In this document: positions 60,923 to 64,000 of the stretch, piece by piece
Layout: each line of letters begins with the position of its first letter
How positions within the stretch are numbered: position 1 is the stretch's first letter
Source of the DNA: a virus
Length of the DNA stretch: 64,000 nt
Virus record (IMG/VR): IMGVR_UViG_3300043411_000715
Span: 5,492 to 69,491 of that record
Strand: one strand, 5' to 3'
The notes under the pieces: model-generated
The model's database searches: none
What the model saw: only the letters and a program-made list of their open reading frames with translations
Told to the model about the DNA's origin: nothing
Position numbers and translations under genes: made by a program

Positions 60923-61674
60923 GCGGCCACCTCGGCAGGTTGCGTTTCCTTGGCAGCCCACAGCCTGGCGTGACACGCGACCAACTCCAGCGCGGCGGCG
61001 TACTCCTGCGCGTGCTCGTTGTCGCCGTGCTCATCTTTTAGGGCGGCGCGGAACTTATCGACCGAGCCGAAAAAGCACCCGGTTTGCAGGTACACGCCAG
61101 CGTCCGTCAGGTAGGCCAAAAAGTAGTCGGCGCGCGATCCAATCGGGCCCATCGTCATGATGGGGCGCGTTCCGACTAATTTTTTGCCGTCCAGTTTTGC
61201 CCCGCGCAGTTTTGCCCCGCGCAGGTCGGCCACTTCCATTTTGGCCCCGTCCAGTTCGACCCCGTCCAGGTTGGCACCGTCCAGGTAGGCCCCGTCCAGG
61301 TAGGCCCCGCGCAAATTGACCCCTTCCAGGTTGGCCCCGCGCAAGTTGACCCCTTCCAGGTTGGCCCCTTCCAGGTTGGCCCTGCGCAAATTAGCTCCAT
61401 CCAGATTAGCCCCGCCCAAATAGACACCGCCCAGATTGGCCCCACACAAATTGGCCCCGCGCAGGTTGACCCCTTCCAGGTTGGCCCCATCCAGATTAAC
61501 CCAGCTCAGGTTGACCCCTTCCAGGTTGGCCCCGCGCAGGTTGGCTCCGCACGCCACAGCGGTCTCCAGCGCCGCCAGCATCGCAAGCCCGCTTGCCTGC
61601 TGCTCTGCGGTGGGCTGGTATTCAAGCAGCACTGCATCGGTGTAACGGTGCCTGATCGTGATATTGTCGGTCAT
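60919..61674 (-). CDS. Pentapeptide-repeat protein
   Basis: More than 20 (A/V)(N/Y)LxG repeats encoded by 15-bp tandem repeats; C-terminal 'TGCFFG' domain. Confidence 0.92.
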   Translation of the reverse strand: MTDNITIRHRYTDAVLLEYQPTAEQQASGLAMLAALETAVACGANLRGANLEGVNLSWVNLDGANLEGVNLRGANLCGANLGGVYLGGANLDGANLRRANLEGANLEGVNLRGANLEGVNLRGAYLDGAYLDGANLDGVELDGAKMEVADLRGAKLRGAKLDGKKLVGTRPIMTMGPIGSRADYFLAYLTDAGVYLQTGCFFGSVDKFRAALKDEHGDNEHAQEYAAALELVACHARLWAAKETQPAEVAA

Positions 61675-61889
61675 GCTTGCTCCTTTTTTTGGCTGTTGAG
61701 CTCACGCGCCAGCCGGCGCTCGTTGTTGATGCTGCGCAGGCGCGCGGCGGCTTGGGTGACTGCCGGGGCCGGGTTGGCCCAGGCGTCCAGCTCTTGGTTG
61801 ATGCCGGCGCAGTGCCGGGCGTCGTGCGCAGCGGTGGCGCGCAGCTTGTCGGCCTGGTCAGCCAGCCAGGCGCGGTGCTGGGCGCTCAT
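61671..61889 (-). CDS. Hypothetical protein
   Basis: N-terminus paralogous to 27338-27613. Confidence 0.6.
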   Translation of the reverse strand: MSAQHRAWLADQADKLRATAAHDARHCAGINQELDAWANPAPAVTQAAARLRSINNERRLARELNSQKKEQA

Positions 61890-62095
61890 TTGCGCCACCC
61901 CCATTCGTCCTGGTGCTGAATCTGCTGATCCAGATCGCGTTCGGCAGCCAGTTGCGTCAGGCGCTCGGCCTTGTTGACGTTGCGGGCGCGGTCGGCTTCG
62001 AGCAGATCGGCCTCGCTGATGATTCGATGGACTTCGGACTGCGGTGGCGCGAATGGCGCAAGCGCGGCGGTGAAGGCGGGGTGCAGTTTGTTCAT
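61886..62095 (-). CDS. Hypothetical protein
   Basis: N-terminus paralogous to 27613-27819. Confidence 0.65.
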   Translation of the reverse strand: MNKLHPAFTAALAPFAPPQSEVHRIISEADLLEADRARNVNKAERLTQLAAERDLDQQIQHQDEWGWRK

Positions 62096-62105
62096 ATCCG
62101 TCTCC

Positions 62106-62486
62106 TTAATTGAGCGTGCTGTAACCACGGCCAGACATGCAGCGCACAACCACGGCGCGCTGATTGGCCTCGCCTGCGGCAGCGCCCGACAAGCCGCCAC
62201 TGATTGCCCCTGCAGCAGCCCAGCGGCCATGCCCGCCGCCGCCAAGCACGGCCGACAGCAGGCCAATGACGATGGCGCCGCCCACCGCGCCGGCTGCGGC
62301 GCCTTCACTGGCTCCTGCAACGCGCTGAGCGTAGGACTGGCACTCGGCCAGGTCTTGCTCGTACACGCCTATGCGCGCGCCGGTGTCGACCATGGGCGCG
62401 TAATTCGCACCGCCTGGTGCGGTGGCGCAGCCGGCAAGCAGCGCTGCTGCGAGCGCGGCTGCTACAGCTTTGGTGCTGTTGCTCAT
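62106..62486 (-). CDS. Glycine-zipper lipoprotein (copy 2)
   Basis: Lipobox LAGC; high similarity to 27830-28204. Confidence 0.85.
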   Translation of the reverse strand: MSNSTKAVAAALAAALLAGCATAPGGANYAPMVDTGARIGVYEQDLAECQSYAQRVAGASEGAAAGAVGGAIVIGLLSAVLGGGGHGRWAAAGAISGGLSGAAAGEANQRAVVVRCMSGRGYSTLN

Positions 62487-62788
62487 GCTGCACCGCCTTT
62501 TGCCTTGGTGATTGCAGCGCGGGCCGCACCGATGGCGGCGTCGGTAACGTCGTTGCGGTGCGCTGGCAGATAGCCGATCAAGGCCATATATGCCGTTTCC
62601 AACGCTGCAAGCAGTTCGGGCGCTGCGGCGATCAGGCGGGCATCCGCCTCCTTGAATTCGCCTGCGCAATCGAGCCGGTGCGTCCGCTGGCCGTTCTGAG
62701 CCGTGAACATGACGACGTGGCCGCCATCGTGCACGGCGAGCTTTTTGAAGTGCCACGGCGCTGGCGTGTGTGCTGCTTTCTGCTCCAT
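62483..62788 (-). CDS. Hypothetical phage protein
   Basis: 'HTPAPW...ADARLIAAAPELLAALE'. Confidence 0.8.
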   Translation of the reverse strand: MEQKAAHTPAPWHFKKLAVHDGGHVVMFTAQNGQRTHRLDCAGEFKEADARLIAAAPELLAALETAYMALIGYLPAHRNDVTDAAIGAARAAITKAKGGAA

Positions 62789-62830
62789 CCTGTCTCTCCT
62801 TGGTGACGGCGGCGTTCAGGCCGGGCGGGG

Positions 62831-63010
62831 TTACAGAGCCGACTTGGCCTTGCGGCGCACATCGGGATCGGTGTCCAGCGTTGATGGTTTGCCAACGCGC
62901 TTGGCTTGCTTTTCGCCAGGGTTCAATCGCTCCCAGGCACCCATTACTAGGGCTGTGTACTTTGCGTGCTCCGCAGCCTTGCGGCGGGCTTTGAAGTCTG
63001 TTACTTTCAC
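62831..63010 (-). CDS. Small basic hypothetical protein
   Basis: Paralog of 28411-28593. Confidence 0.7.
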   Translation of the reverse strand: MKVTDFKARRKAAEHAKYTALVMGAWERLNPGEKQAKRVGKPSTLDTDPDVRRKAKSAL

Positions 63011-63300
63011 GCCGCCACCAGTTGGAAGCTGTGCGATCCGTAGCCGTTGCGCTCCTTCCATTCCTTGCTGGCACTGGCCGCCTTGCCAATGGAAATCACG
63101 GCGGCAGTGCTGAGCTTCACTTTCTTACCCTGGTAGCGCTGGCGCAGCACCTTGGAAGCGCAGATACAGCCCACGTTGAACTCTTCGCCACACTCGTTGC
63201 GAACCATCACCGCGCGGGTCAGATTGCTCTTGCCACAGCAGTCGCACACTGGGTAGTCGCTGGTGCCTGCAACGGTGAATGTTGTGCCTTGAATTGCCAT
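63007..63300 (-). CDS. Zn-binding hypothetical protein, first gene of leftward operon 2
   Basis: Paralog of 28590-28874. Confidence 0.75.
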   Translation of the reverse strand: MAIQGTTFTVAGTSDYPVCDCCGKSNLTRAVMVRNECGEEFNVGCICASKVLRQRYQGKKVKLSTAAVISIGKAASASKEWKERNGYGSHSFQLVAA

Positions 63301-63344
63301 CCTGTCTCTCCTGTTGGCCGCCCGGTGTGGGTGGCATGGGGAGA

Positions 63345-63483
63345 ATTATGCACTGCCGCATGAGCATAGTCAAGCGAGAGTGCATTGTTCCGATGCGAAA
63401 CCGTATGATTTATTGCAACAACAAGTAACAGGTGGCCGATGGCAGGCGAGGCACTTGCGTATAACGATGCGTTGGCGCATAAT
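63345..63483. promoter_or_regulatory. Back-to-back sigma70 promoters pL2/pR2 with ATGC-N6-GCAT operators
   Basis: Minus: TTGACT(63373-68)-N17-CATAAT; plus: TTGCGT(63455-60)-N17-CATAAT; ATGCACTGCCGCAT, ATGCGAAACCGTAT, ATGCGTTGGCGCAT. Confidence 0.8.
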
Positions 63484-63489
63484 CGCATC

Positions 63490-63705
63490 ATGAGCCAAAT
63501 TAAAGACGCTTTGACAGCACTTCGGCGCACCATGTCGCAGGCCGAGATTGCCCGCGCCATCGGCGTGAACCAGTCGCGCATCTCACGTTGGGAAGCGGGC
63601 GATGTTGCCAGCGGAGCAGAGGCCGCAGCAAAGCTGATCGCTCTGGCAGACAAGAAGACCGCAGACGCATCGCCCGAACTCGCCTCCAACACGGGGGCTG
63701 CGTAA
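63490..63705 (+). CDS. cro: Cro-like HTH repressor (copy 2, dissimilar to copy 1)
   Basis: 'MSQAEIARAIGVNQSRISRWEAG'; first gene after pR2. Confidence 0.8.
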   Translation: MSQIKDALTALRRTMSQAEIARAIGVNQSRISRWEAGDVASGAEAAAKLIALADKKTADASPELASNTGAA

Positions 63706-63847
63706 GTGCTTCTCCTCCGCCATGCCAAGCGAATCGCCCATGACTCCGGGCGCGGCGCGGCTTTGCCCGGCTTGTACAGCGGGTCTTTCTATTCTGCGCG
63801 TAGCGTGCGCAAAGCGATGGGGCCGATTGAGTCCCCAAAAAGCGAAA

Positions 63848-63873
63848 ACCCGCTGCGCAAACAGCGGGCTTTC
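63848..63873 (+). terminator. Terminator-like hairpin
   Basis: CCCGCTG-cgcaaa-CAGCGGG followed by CTTTCT. Confidence 0.5.
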
Positions 63874-63898
63874 TAACCAAACTAGCCATTGAAAGGGA

Positions 63899-64000
63899 AT
63901 GACTGTGGCTGATGTGATTTTAGGCTATGACGACTATGTGCGGCGCAAGCTGGCACTGGTCATTCGTGAGGGCTTGTCCGCAAAGCCCAAAGAGTGCGGC
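63899..64000 (+). CDS. 5' part of an ORF running off the window (possibly helicase/methylase)
   Basis: 'YDDYVRRKL...GL' start resembles phage SNF2/methylase N-termini. Confidence 0.4.
   Translation, partial: MTVADVILGYDDYVRRKLALVIREGLSAKPKECG

Noticed and set aside
61190-61545. Regular short repeats resembling a CRISPR or DGR array
   Set aside because: 15-bp in-frame coding repeats of a pentapeptide protein; no spacers, cas or reverse transcriptase genes
1-64000. Integrase, att sites, tRNA, rRNA or host genes marking prophage boundaries
   Set aside because: None recognised; cannot tell from this window whether the element is integrated

Overview
The whole window is GC-rich tailed-phage DNA; no host housekeeping genes, integrase, CI repressor, tRNA or CRISPR were recognised. 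Gene content (giant DarB-like protein, PAPS-reductase homolog, N4-gp56-type capsid, Bet/YqaJ recombination pair) recalls Bcep22-like podoviruses of Betaproteobacteria (inference). Order: (1-20.9 kb, +) tail chaperone, ejection genes, a 5,003-aa polyvalent DarB-like protein and spanins without an endolysin; (20.9-29.3 kb, -) early region 1; a divergent promoter pair with cro but no cI; (29.4-55.3 kb, +) replication, packaging, head, tail fibre, a full lysis cassette and a moron, but no ejection genes; (55.3-63.3 kb, -) a second, paralogous early region; a second divergent promoter pair with a different operator and cro. Two things stand out. (i) Linkers of the giant gene hide separately expressed nested elements next to its enzymatic domains: an antisense 74-aa gene with its own RBS and -10 box after a RelA/SpoT-like domain, a candidate antisense structured sRNA after a PBECR-like RNase domain, and two +1-frame genes. 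This is a candidate toxin-domain/nested-antidote system. (ii) Two paralogous early/control modules each precede a complementary part of the late genes, and the two parts share a 20-bp upstream motif. All domain calls come from motifs read by eye; no searches were run.
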